This document shows, one piece after another, positions 16,392 through 23,705 of a stretch of DNA of 26,139 nt. The translations under genes and the position numbers were made by a program. Under the pieces are notes generated by a model, which did no database searches, was not told the origin of the DNA, and worked only from the letters and a program-made list of their open reading frames with translations. How positions within the stretch are numbered: position 1 is the first letter of the stretch; every line of letters begins with the position of its first letter. This stretch comes from a virus. Taxonomy: Duplodnaviria; Caudoviricetes. Location: positions 1-26,139 of IMG/VR virus record IMGVR_UViG_3300032093_000733. One strand, 5' to 3'.

Positions 16392-16477
16392 GTAAAGTAT
16401 GTAAAGATTGTGGATACCCTGGTTGGTGGGTAGATAATGGTTGCAATAAGTGTGGATTTGAGGGCGAGAATGGGTAA
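16388..16477 (+). CDS. Zn-ribbon microprotein, 29 aa (MSKVCKDCGYPGWWVDNGCNKCGFEGENG)
   Basis: GTGA overlap with upstream stop; GAGGG RBS; CxxC..CxxC. Confidence 0.6.
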   Translation: MSKVCKDCGYPGWWVDNGCNKCGFEGENG

Positions 16478-16712
16478 CTTCTATTCAACTAATGAGAAGC
16501 TGATCTACCTTTATGAAGTCACCGACCCGCAGGGCGTAGCCCTATGGGGAGGGGAGAAGATTGAGGATATGTTCGACTGGTTCCGGCGATCACCGCAGGG
16601 GGCGAGGGTATTTATCTCCACTTGGGAGAGTGATGAGGAGGACGCTCACCTAATGGGTACGCCTATCGAGATCACCTCTATCGTGGCAAGCAAAGCGGGT
16701 GAGGGCAAGTGA
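16470..16712 (+). CDS. Hypothetical protein, 80 aa
   Basis: Start moved to ATG 16470 after GAGGGCGAGA. Confidence 0.7.
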   Translation: MGNFYSTNEKLIYLYEVTDPQGVALWGGEKIEDMFDWFRRSPQGARVFISTWESDEEDAHLMGTPIEITSIVASKAGEGK

Positions 16713-16798
16713 GCTATACCTTGGGGATACTGGCAATTTTACTGATAACATATGCACTTATAGTAACGGAGGATAAGTTTAACAATGGAGATAAATAG
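16709..16798 (+). CDS. Single-TM microprotein, 29 aa (MSYTLGILAILLITYALIVTEDKFNNGDK)
   Basis: GTGA overlap; GAGGG RBS; hydrophobic segment. Confidence 0.55.
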   Translation: MSYTLGILAILLITYALIVTEDKFNNGDK

Positions 16799-17081
16799 AA
16801 GGATCGAGTCTGCTAAGCGTAGCGCAGTAGGCTATCGCAACTATCGGAGGGCGAGGGATAGGGCGATGACGCGTCTATCCAATGCTTACCCTGAGACATA
16901 CAAAGAACTGCTTGAACAGGAGAAAATTGTAGATGAACAGATGGGTAAGAAGTGGCTTGATATTGACGGCAGTACTGACCAGTATATGGATACTAACACC
17001 AGCTCATCACCTTCGGGTGGAGGAGAGGGCGACAAAGCCAGCTCCAGTGCAGACCAAAGCAACAATGGAGGAGAAGCGTGA
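16785..17081 (+). CDS. Hypothetical protein with Arg-rich N-terminus, 98 aa
   Basis: GGAGG upstream; basic helical N-half; low-complexity C-half overlaps the transglycosylase gene. Confidence 0.6.
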   Translation: MEINRRIESAKRSAVGYRNYRRARDRAMTRLSNAYPETYKELLEQEKIVDEQMGKKWLDIDGSTDQYMDTNTSSSPSGGGEGDKASSSADQSNNGGEA

Positions 17082-17352
17082 AAACAAAGCACTTGCGATT
17101 AGTTACTTACGAGCACTCGGTTACGATGGGCAACAGAGAAAGTGTGCCATCACCCTTTGGACCCGTGAGAGCAGGCTTGACCACCTCGCAGATAACCCAA
17201 GATCAACGGCTTTCGGAATTGCTCAGATCCTTAGAGAGCGTAGTAGAAAACCTGAACTACAAATCCTTCACGCTATACGATATGTTGAACACCGCTATCG
17301 AGGAAATTTCTGCAGTGCTCTCAGGCACAGTGATCGAAGAGGATGGTACTGA
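16933..17352 (+). CDS. Secreted/membrane-anchored lytic transglycosylase (SLT/lysozyme-like), 139 aa
   Basis: N-terminal signal/TM helix; C..LW.RES catalytic Glu, STAFGIAQ, QI..AIRYV..RY..C.A....GWY typical of actinobacterial transglycosylases. Confidence 0.8.
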   Translation: MNRWVRSGLILTAVLTSIWILTPAHHLRVEERATKPAPVQTKATMEEKRENKALAISYLRALGYDGQQRKCAITLWTRESRLDHLADNPRSTAFGIAQILRERSRKPELQILHAIRYVEHRYRGNFCSALRHSDRRGWY

Positions 17353-17841
17353 ATGAAGCTTATATTAGATCCAGCCTCATCTACGAGATCCTTTTACTTT
17401 AATAAGAAGGATGATCGTGTTCTCTTTGGTGATATACGGGTAAAAGAATCTTACTTGCTAACCAATGGGCAGACTATCCATATAGAACCTGATGAGGTTA
17501 TGGACTTTCGGGCTATACCTTACCCCGATGAAACGTTTAAGGCGGTAGTCTTTGACCCACCACATAGGATCAAGCTAACAACCGAGTCTGATTTTATTAA
17601 GAAGTATGGGGAATTAAATAAAGATACTTGGCGAGAAGATTTAGCTCAAGGGTTTGCTGAATGTTTTAGGGTTCTTAAGACTAATGGCACTCTCATATTT
17701 AAGTGGAGTGAAGTATCTATCAAGCTAAATGAAATATTAAAACTTACAGATCAGAAGCCAGTTCTTGGACATCCTTCGGGTAAGCGTATGGGAACACACT
17801 GGGTACTCTTTATTAAAACTGAAGAAGATATGCTACAATAA
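17353..17841 (+). CDS. Small SAM-dependent, probably amino-type (m6A/m4C) DNA methyltransferase, 162 aa
   Basis: Motif I-like ILDPASS, VMDFR, motif IV-like VFDPPH, ECFRVLK..GTLIFKW. Confidence 0.8.
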   Translation: MKLILDPASSTRSFYFNKKDDRVLFGDIRVKESYLLTNGQTIHIEPDEVMDFRAIPYPDETFKAVVFDPPHRIKLTTESDFIKKYGELNKDTWREDLAQGFAECFRVLKTNGTLIFKWSEVSIKLNEILKLTDQKPVLGHPSGKRMGTHWVLFIKTEEDMLQ

Positions 17842-17863
17842 TAGCGTTGCCTTCCAGCACAAC

Positions 17864-17906
17864 CTAGCCCTCGCCGTTACCTCTTTCCGGCGGGGGTTAG
17901 TGCTTT
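17864..17906. terminator. Intrinsic terminator at the convergence of early and replication operons
   Basis: CTAGCCCTCGCCG-loop-CGGCGGGGGTTAG followed by tgcttt. Confidence 0.7.
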
Positions 17907-18472
17907 CTAATCCAGACTTGTTGGTTCTTTACAAGCAACTTATATTCTCCCTCGTGACGATCTAAGAACATATGAATACCCAGCTTAGGTGCGTGTATAT
18001 CAACGCCGTCAGGGTGAGTCCACTCATAGTCATCAATAGCCATCAACCCACCGGACTTGAGCAGCGGCCAAGATAATTCGCAGTCTAGTAGTGCAGAAGC
18101 TGAGGTGTGGTGTGCATCCACATAGATAAAGTCATAGAAGTCTTTCCATAGATCCTCATTAAGTAAGAAGTCTTGTGTTGTGCTGCGCTTGCGGTTGATC
18201 CGCATACCTTCAGTCTTAGCAAGGTAAGTATTGTAGACATCATCGAAGTCCATATCAGTCTGGACTGGTTCATTAGGCGCACCTTCCCACGTATCCACAT
18301 CGGTAAGGTTGGATGATTGTGCAGTAAGAACACTATTGCACATCCATACACTGGCATCACCAGTAAATGCACCTAGTTGCAGGAAGTGTAGACGATCCTC
18401 ACCTTGCAGTGGCAGTAAAAACTGCTCAAAGTTATGCTGAGCTATCTGCTTAAACCAATTAGGATATTCCAT
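17897..18472 (-). CDS. Class I SAM-dependent methyltransferase (Methyltransf_24-like), 191 aa
   Basis: FLQLGAFTGDAS, DVDTW, YDFIYVDAHH, LLKSGGLMAIDDY; start moved to ATG 18472 (GGAGGG RBS). Confidence 0.85.
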   Translation of the reverse strand: MEYPNWFKQIAQHNFEQFLLPLQGEDRLHFLQLGAFTGDASVWMCNSVLTAQSSNLTDVDTWEGAPNEPVQTDMDFDDVYNTYLAKTEGMRINRKRSTTQDFLLNEDLWKDFYDFIYVDAHHTSASALLDCELSWPLLKSGGLMAIDDYEWTHPDGVDIHAPKLGIHMFLDRHEGEYKLLVKNQQVWIRKH

Positions 18473-18473
18473 A

Positions 18474-18647
18474 TTACCCTCCAGTAGAGTAGAACCCGCC
18501 ACCTTTGAAGGTGACACCAGGTGATGACCAGACACGACTCATAGACTGATGGCAACCAACGCAGACTGGTGCTACCTCATCCTCATAGATAGATCTCTCA
18601 ATAGTGTAGGTGTTGCCACACTTCTCACACTTGTAATCGTATGTCAT
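18474..18647 (-). CDS. FmdB-family zinc-ribbon protein, 57 aa (MTYDYKCEKCG..CVGCHQSMSRVWSSPGVTFKGGGFYSTGG)
   Basis: Y.Y.CxxC..CxxC..M.R..S....FKG.GFY.T signature; ATGA overlap; not in ORF track. Confidence 0.85.
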   Translation of the reverse strand: MTYDYKCEKCGNTYTIERSIYEDEVAPVCVGCHQSMSRVWSSPGVTFKGGGFYSTGG

Positions 18648-18862
18648 CCCAGCTCCTTCTCAATAGCTTGAAGAGTAAGGCAGGGATAACCTACCAATAC
18701 GCTTACCTCAGCACTATATTTGCAGCAAGAAAAGCAGTGGCTTGGGTTAACCTCAGAAGGTCTGTGTAAGTTTGCTACTGCAAACAACGCCCTGTGTGGC
18801 AACCTGTAATTGTAATCGTTGAACGAATCTTTAATCTTAGCCAACAGTTCATCGTGCGTCAT
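18644..18862 (-). CDS. Hypothetical Cys/His protein, 72 aa
   Basis: H.P..CxxC..YPC.T pattern common in actinophage small proteins; 4-bp overlaps at both ends. Confidence 0.7.
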   Translation of the reverse strand: MTHDELLAKIKDSFNDYNYRLPHRALFAVANLHRPSEVNPSHCFSCCKYSAEVSVLVGYPCLTLQAIEKELG

Positions 18863-19242
18863 AACTTAACTGCTTCCTCGATTGCTAAGAACCCTACCAA
18901 CTTATCTACCTTACGCTTGTTAGCAAACTCTGATGTGGCTGGCATACGCTGCATCCCCCACTCTGGTTCTGGTAGATCAAGAAGGTCAAAAGAATAGACC
19001 CCTTGCGGGGTCGAGTTAATATAGTAAGGGATCAGATCCCTCTCAGCCGACTGAGTGATGAGCTTGCGATACTTCATCTCCTCAATTAACAGTGTAGGGT
19101 AATGAGTATGGCGACACTTGAGTTCAATGTAGTGACCGGCCTTCTTGCTGATGCAGTCAAAGGAGTCATAGATTCCAGGGCTACGTTCAAGGTCTGGGTA
19201 TAGACCCATCTTGAGAAAGTCAAAGAGTATTAGTTCATTCAT
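18859..19242 (-). CDS. PD-(D/E)xK nuclease-fold protein, 127 aa
   Basis: SFDC..IELKCR motif; 4-bp overlaps. Confidence 0.6.
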   Translation of the reverse strand: MNELILFDFLKMGLYPDLERSPGIYDSFDCISKKAGHYIELKCRHTHYPTLLIEEMKYRKLITQSAERDLIPYYINSTPQGVYSFDLLDLPEPEWGMQRMPATSEFANKRKVDKLVGFLAIEEAVKL

Positions 19243-19871
19243 CGGAAGGGTGTATCTCCGCCCAGTTTATTCTGCAACCTACGCAGTGAGGTCATACATC
19301 TACGTTCTGCGGTGGATACTGCACACTGATAGATCTCTGCGATCTGTGCAAGGGTAAGTGATTCGTGGTAGCGATAGATCAGTACTTGCTTATCGTAATC
19401 TTCTAACTTAGTAAAACAATTCTTAATGTCAATCAGTGCAGCAAGGAGGTTGCCACCTTCTGCCGGACTAGACGATCCTTTAGGTTGACCATCGCGTAGC
19501 ATCTCTTGTGCCTGCTCAAGGACTGTGCCATCTATTACTGATGCAATAACAAAAGGTAACAGCTGAGCCAAGGTAGCAGTCTCATAGTAGGCTTCATCTA
19601 CTAGACTGTAACCAGAACGAGTAGCCTTTTCTTTTCGAGCATAACGTTCAGCGTGACGTAGCATCTGCCACGCAACCTTAGACTCATTATGCTGACGCTT
19701 CTTAGGTTCTTCCTCACTCAACTCCTGAACAAGCCACGCCTTGCGTGTGATAGCCCACGAGTAACACTCTTGTAGCACATCTTCACGCTCAACATAAGCC
19801 TTATACCTACGCCATATGGTATATGCAACCGAAGGTGCAATCTCATAGACGGATGGGTGAAGATCAGTCAT
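19239..19871 (-). CDS. Phage sigma-70-family (ECF-like) RNA polymerase sigma factor, 210 aa
   Basis: VEREDVLQE region-2-like segment; region 4 LEDYDKQVLIYRY..LTLAQIAE....VST..RR...LRRL; start set at MTDLHP. Confidence 0.8.
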   Translation of the reverse strand: MTDLHPSVYEIAPSVAYTIWRRYKAYVEREDVLQECYSWAITRKAWLVQELSEEEPKKRQHNESKVAWQMLRHAERYARKEKATRSGYSLVDEAYYETATLAQLLPFVIASVIDGTVLEQAQEMLRDGQPKGSSSPAEGGNLLAALIDIKNCFTKLEDYDKQVLIYRYHESLTLAQIAEIYQCAVSTAERRCMTSLRRLQNKLGGDTPFR

Positions 19872-20022
19872 TAGGCACGCCTCTAACAATTTGAGCAGCG
19901 TGATGATAAGTCTTAGCTCTTACAGCAGTATCATTAAAATTGTAATCGTTACTTATCATTGCGTAAGTCGCTTGTCTTTCCAGCTCTAATGCAAGTTGCT
20001 CACGTATCTCTTGCTCAGTCAT
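19864..20022 (-). CDS. Hypothetical protein, 52 aa (MTEQEIREQLALELERQATYAMISNDYNFNDTAVRAKTYHHAAQIVRGVPND)
   Basis: Fills the gap with 8-bp overlaps at both ends; IREQ..AA.IVR pattern shared with 24659-24820. Confidence 0.7.
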   Translation of the reverse strand: MTEQEIREQLALELERQATYAMISNDYNFNDTAVRAKTYHHAAQIVRGVPND

Positions 20023-20398
20023 TAGGCCACTTGTCATCAAGTACCATCATCGCAATAGCACTGTAGTTAAGTAGATCTAAGAATGAATCACGCAAGGACT
20101 CATTGGAAGGGTTGACTTCAGAGTCAACAAGATTGTTAATGCGAGCTATCTTGTCCCACATACGTACACGCAGACCATTAAGTGCTCCACCTGGAGACTG
20201 AGCAATGTTCTTTGGACCGTAATCGTGGTGCTTACGAATGAGTAAGTTACCTGCTGTATCCATAATACGCCAGACATCTGAAATAAACTCAGGGTCTATC
20301 TTGTCGGTATAGGTCGTATCAAGAGAGTCTCGGTTGCCATATCCACTTCGAGGATCTGGAAGCCCATATGCTGCAAAGTCTGTAGAGTCATCTGCCAT
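20015..20398 (-). CDS. DUF1599 / nucleotide-modification-associated domain protein, 127 aa
   Basis: K..DYG..N, GLRVRM.DK.AR..NL, NESL.DS..DL.NY motifs. Confidence 0.8.
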   Translation of the reverse strand: MADDSTDFAAYGLPDPRSGYGNRDSLDTTYTDKIDPEFISDVWRIMDTAGNLLIRKHHDYGPKNIAQSPGGALNGLRVRMWDKIARINNLVDSEVNPSNESLRDSFLDLLNYSAIAMMVLDDKWPND

Positions 20399-20412
20399 TC
20401 GTCTTTACTCAC
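20296..20412 (-). CDS. Possible overlapping microprotein, 38 aa (MSKDEWQMTLQTLQHMGFQILEVDMATETLLIRPIPTR)
   Basis: GTG after GAAGG, overlapping the primase stop by 8 bp; amphipathic protein-like sequence in an alternative frame over the DUF1599 N-terminus. Confidence 0.45.
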   Translation of the reverse strand: MSKDEWQMTLQTLQHMGFQILEVDMATETLLIRPIPTR

Positions 20413-21058
20413 CCTTCGGTTCACCTACCAGCAAAGCTCGCGTAGCATCAGCCCCGTGTGCTAGGTAGTAGTCGTTGATATCCATACCTGGGGGCAATGT
20501 TACTATCTGTGAGTTAAGAATCTCAGAGGCGACACGCTTGCTGAACTCAGCTCCAGGGTTAGTGCCATCTTCCTTAATGTCATTGTCTCCCACTATAAAT
20601 ACTGTGTCATAACCGGTAAATAACTTAGCAAAGTGTGGCTTCCAAGCCTGCACTCCTGGTATTCCAACGGCTGGTATACCCAGCACCCCGCTAGTAATGA
20701 CTGTATCTAACTCACCTTCGCAGACCACAATGTGCGGTGACATAATCAAAGTATCTTTAACGTTATAGAGGTGAGCCTTCTGCCCTGTAGGGCTACTGTA
20801 CTTAGGCTTACCATCATCTAACCTACGGAACTTAAAGCCAACGCACATATCGAGAGCAGTCATATAGGGAATGGAGATCCATCCCTCGTACATCTCGTGT
20901 CCGTTAATAGGATCAGTGATAGTTCCCAGTTCAAAGCGTGAGGCTACCTCTTCAGATATCCCACGTTCTGCTAGGACGACGAGAGCCTCTGGACTTATCT
21001 CCTGTGCGTATCGCAGTGCCGCTTCCTTCAGCAATTTCGATTGCACGTTTGAGGCCAT
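20405..21058 (-). CDS. DNA primase, catalytic TOPRIM part, 217 aa
   Basis: L..RGI, ISIPY, KFR..KY, VVCEGELD, VGDND, DINDYY motifs. Confidence 0.9.
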   Translation of the reverse strand: MASNVQSKLLKEAALRYAQEISPEALVVLAERGISEEVASRFELGTITDPINGHEMYEGWISIPYMTALDMCVGFKFRRLDDGKPKYSSPTGQKAHLYNVKDTLIMSPHIVVCEGELDTVITSGVLGIPAVGIPGVQAWKPHFAKLFTGYDTVFIVGDNDIKEDGTNPGAEFSKRVASEILNSQIVTLPPGMDINDYYLAHGADATRALLVGEPKGE

Positions 21059-21329
21059 CCTTAAACTCCAAGTTCTCTAGTATGCAGACTATGTTGACTG
21101 CGTTGCCACCCTTACCGCAGGTATGGCAGAAATATAAGTTATCTATTGTGTTGATAACGGCAGATCTACGTGAGTCAGTATGTAAGGCGCATCGAACTGA
21201 TACTGCCCTACCTTCACGTACTTCCCCGCCATAGTGGGCAATGATTGCTGATATGGGTACTGCTTTTGCTAAGGCTGAACCTTTTGGACTACCTGCTTTA
21301 CGAATCCTGGACCAGTCTTGTGCTGACAT
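20952..21329 (-). CDS. DNA primase zinc-binding (CHC2) part, about 125 aa
   Basis: CALH.D...S....FCHTCGKGGNA; start set at MSAQDW. Confidence 0.85.
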   Translation of the reverse strand: MSAQDWSRIRKAGSPKGSALAKAVPISAIIAHYGGEVREGRAVSVRCALHTDSRRSAVINTIDNLYFCHTCGKGGNAVNIVCILENLEFKDGLKRAIEIAEGSGTAIRTGDKSRGSRRPSRTWDI

Positions 21330-21424
21330 ACGCATCCTTCACACTTCTCGTGCCAGTGCGCTGCACGCTTGATATGGTTCAGTGAGTTCTCCTCACCTGC
21401 CTTCAGACAGTTCTCGCAGATCAT
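21269..21424 (-). CDS. Cys/His-rich microprotein, 51 aa (MICENCLKAGEENSLNHIKRAAHWHEKCEGCVCQHKTGPGFVKQVVQKVQP)
   Basis: ATGA overlap with upstream gene; CxxC..HxxC..CxCxH. Confidence 0.7.
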   Translation of the reverse strand: MICENCLKAGEENSLNHIKRAAHWHEKCEGCVCQHKTGPGFVKQVVQKVQP

Positions 21425-21561
21425 TTTTCTACTTCTTCATCTGGTAGGTACTCCTCTGTTGCAACCTCAGCATCAGCTTCCTTGATTGCTTCTTCTAACT
21501 TAGATTCATTTGGATCTACTGGACCCGTTGTTGTACTGATAATTCCTTGTGGTACTGGCAT
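21421..21561 (-). CDS. Small acidic protein, 46 aa (MPVPQGIISTTTGPVDPNESKLEEAIKEADAEVATEEYLPDEEVEK)
   Basis: AAGGAG RBS; fills the gap exactly. Confidence 0.7.
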   Translation of the reverse strand: MPVPQGIISTTTGPVDPNESKLEEAIKEADAEVATEEYLPDEEVEK

Positions 21562-21726
21562 TTACTTCTCCTTATATTCTTGGTGAAAGATTCCTTTTTC
21601 TTTATGTCTTTTTAGCAGGCTGTGCAAACCCTTTTCAGATGTCCCACCAATAATTATCCCACATTCACATTGAATTGAATATGCTGGAGGTGTATTGACA
21701 AAGCCTGGTGGTTCCATAAAACTCAT
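21562..21726 (-). CDS. Small C2H2-like protein, 54 aa
   Basis: ATGA overlap with the resolvase; AGGAG RBS; CxC..H..H. Confidence 0.65.
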   Translation of the reverse strand: MSFMEPPGFVNTPPAYSIQCECGIIIGGTSEKGLHSLLKRHKEKGIFHQEYKEK

Positions 21727-22076
21727 TGCCTCTCCTTTAACCATTGCGTAAGGTCCTGAATGACCCACGACTTTTCTATACCGGAGTTGCGACGCTTAAC
21801 TATGACATAATGCAGTGGCACTTCCCCAATACCACGAGCCTTAGCATAATTAAGCGCCTCAACTTCGGCTTCGGCCCAGAACTCTGGTAAGGACAGGGCC
21901 TTTCTATTCTTGAGTTCTAGTATGTAAGTCTTTCCCGCGACCACGCACACTAGATCTCCTTCATCCTTACTGCCAGCCTTGGTTAATCTTTCTGCAAGAA
22001 CACCAGGGATTGACCGTAAGAATTTCATTACATCAGTCTCGAACTGAGCACCTTTGCGCCCGTTAGGGTTTGCCAT
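21723..22076 (-). CDS. Holliday junction resolvase (Hjc-like PD-(D/E)xK), 117 aa
   Basis: KG..FE..V, G..DEGD, ILELKN motifs; start set at MANPNG. Confidence 0.8.
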   Translation of the reverse strand: MANPNGRKGAQFETDVMKFLRSIPGVLAERLTKAGSKDEGDLVCVVAGKTYILELKNRKALSLPEFWAEAEVEALNYAKARGIGEVPLHYVIVKRRNSGIEKSWVIQDLTQWLKERQ

Positions 22077-22230
22077 CAGAACCCGTATCGTAGACTGCTT
22101 TACCGTTCTCATCGGTAGTTACTTTCAAAATCTTTAGATCTATCAGGACCAAGATAAGGTTACGCATATCGTTACGCAACTGGTTGATCTCATTCTTTAG
22201 GTACTGAATCTCAGTTTGCTGCTTCGACAT
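22063..22230 (-). CDS. Small coiled-coil protein, 55 aa
   Basis: GGAGGAG RBS before ATG 22230; heptad pattern. Confidence 0.65.
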   Translation of the reverse strand: MSKQQTEIQYLKNEINQLRNDMRNLILVLIDLKILKVTTDENGKAVYDTGSDGKP

Positions 22231-23071
22231 TGTAAGCTCCTCCATAACCATAACGTTGATCCTTGGCGAACATACTACCCCAGACTGGATCATCTGTGAT
22301 CTGACAAGCTGCATAGTTTACGTAAAGGTTTGCATACCGTGAAGCGTCTGCTGTGTGTGGCCCAAAGCGGTTCTTCACGGCAGCAACCTTTAAGATCGCT
22401 TGGTTCGGATCATATCCAAGCGTGAGTATGAGGCTGGGCAACTGGCTAACCTTACCGTGAATGGCACGTCTTGCTGGTGGGTTAGTGGGATTACCGTACT
22501 CCGATTGTTCTGACACGTGGTGTAGTACTAAGACACAAGCCTCAGTCTTACGAGCCATATCGTGTAGTTCCATCATAATTGCACGCAGACCTGCCCATTC
22601 ATTATCAGTTTCTGCTGCAACGTTCATTAAATTATCTATGACAATTAACTCTGGAGCTATGCCATAGAGTTCCACATAAGCCTTGATCTCTAGTTCAATA
22701 TCATCTAGTGATGGGCTTGAATCGAATACCCACTTTATGTGACCTAAGTTCACAAAGTGGCTATCGTAATGGTGTGTGTTTTGTGCAAGGTTAGACTCAA
22801 CAGATAACTGTTGGTGTCCTGATAGGTGAGAGGCAGCTCTCATCATCACAGTAGTAGTGTCTGTATCTGCTGAAAAGAATAAAGTAGGAACCTTCGACTT
22901 GATCGCATAGACCAAAGCGAACATAGATTTACCGGCGTTAGGTGCTGCTGCAACCATACAGACTTGCCCACGTCGGAACTTGATCTGCTCACTGGCTAGT
23001 GGCTTCCACACGTCTGGTAGTGGTGTTGCTTTGGTAAGCACCCCACCCCAAGCACGTGATAGATCAAGCAC
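22211..23071 (-). CDS. DnaB-like (SF4) replicative helicase, C-terminal domain only, 286 aa
   Basis: Walker A AAPNAGKS, LIVIDNL Walker B, VLVLHH, KNRFGP. Confidence 0.9.
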   Translation of the reverse strand: MLDLSRAWGGVLTKATPLPDVWKPLASEQIKFRRGQVCMVAAAPNAGKSMFALVYAIKSKVPTLFFSADTDTTTVMMRAASHLSGHQQLSVESNLAQNTHHYDSHFVNLGHIKWVFDSSPSLDDIELEIKAYVELYGIAPELIVIDNLMNVAAETDNEWAGLRAIMMELHDMARKTEACVLVLHHVSEQSEYGNPTNPPARRAIHGKVSQLPSLILTLGYDPNQAILKVAAVKNRFGPHTADASRYANLYVNYAACQITDDPVWGSMFAKDQRYGYGGAYNVEAAN

Positions 23072-23330
23072 TCTTCTCCTCCTTCAATGTAATTCTTCTC
23101 TGCCTACGAATAACCCTTCGATTACTCTCAGTCAATCCACCCCAGATACCGAAGCCTTCGTTCTGTATTCCCCACTCAGCACATTCTGCTTGGTGAGTAC
23201 ACTGCCTACAGATTGATTGAGCCATAAGCATTTCGGTACTGTTGCTAATCCCGCCTTCCCTTTCAGGAAACCAGAAGTCGCCCCCCACACTTGCACACAA
23301 TGGAGCCTCGTACTTAGCAGGCTCTCTCAT
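23064..23330 (-). CDS. whiB: WhiB-family transcription factor, 88 aa
   Basis: C..DFWFP..A.SIC..C.....C..GIWGG.T...R signature. Confidence 0.93.
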   Translation of the reverse strand: MREPAKYEAPLCASVGGDFWFPEREGGISNSTEMLMAQSICRQCTHQAECAEWGIQNEGFGIWGGLTESNRRVIRRQRRITLKEEKSA

Positions 23331-23705
23331 TTAGCGCATAAAGATAGGGTCGCACTTGTCTGCTGCACCCTTTGGTGCAGAACACATATGCGCTCTCCAA
23401 GGTCCTCGCTGTGATACGCCTTCACGATAAGCCATCGGTCCGTGCTTACATACTGGCGCGTCCCCTGATACTTGTGTAGCTCCTGGAAATGCTTGAGTAA
23501 CGGCGGCTAGACCATTAGAGGTGGGAGCCGATTGGCTTTGCCCGCCGCCAAACTCTTTTCCCGTTGACTTGATGAGACTTGCAACCATACCTAGATCTGC
23601 AAGACCTGTCTCAAGATCTTTCACATCTGTTGCATAAAGATTGATAAGTGTTCCATCTGCCAACTTGTAGTTAACCTGGAACTTTGTTGATTCTGGTGCT
23701 GCCAT
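23331..23705 (-). CDS. Conserved actinophage protein with C-terminal CxH..C..C Zn site, 124 aa
   Basis: GGAGG RBS; PVCKHGPM..W.AHMC..C; adjacent to the exonuclease. Confidence 0.7.
   Translation of the reverse strand: MAAPESTKFQVNYKLADGTLINLYATDVKDLETGLADLGMVASLIKSTGKEFGGGQSQSAPTSNGLAAVTQAFPGATQVSGDAPVCKHGPMAYREGVSQRGPWRAHMCSAPKGAADKCDPIFMR

Noticed and set aside
13500-16800. Stop-codon reassignment suggested by TAG richness and short ORFs
   Set aside because: Small ORFs tile cleanly in the standard code with RBSs and TAATG coupling; long genes are uninterrupted.
15245-17356. Minus-strand ORFs in the early region and plus-strand ORF 17078-17356
   Set aside because: Antisense to a coupled plus-strand gene chain. 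17078-17356 overlaps the transglycosylase catalytic domain; it has a GGAGGAG and GTGA junction, so it is not fully excluded, but there is no protein-level support.
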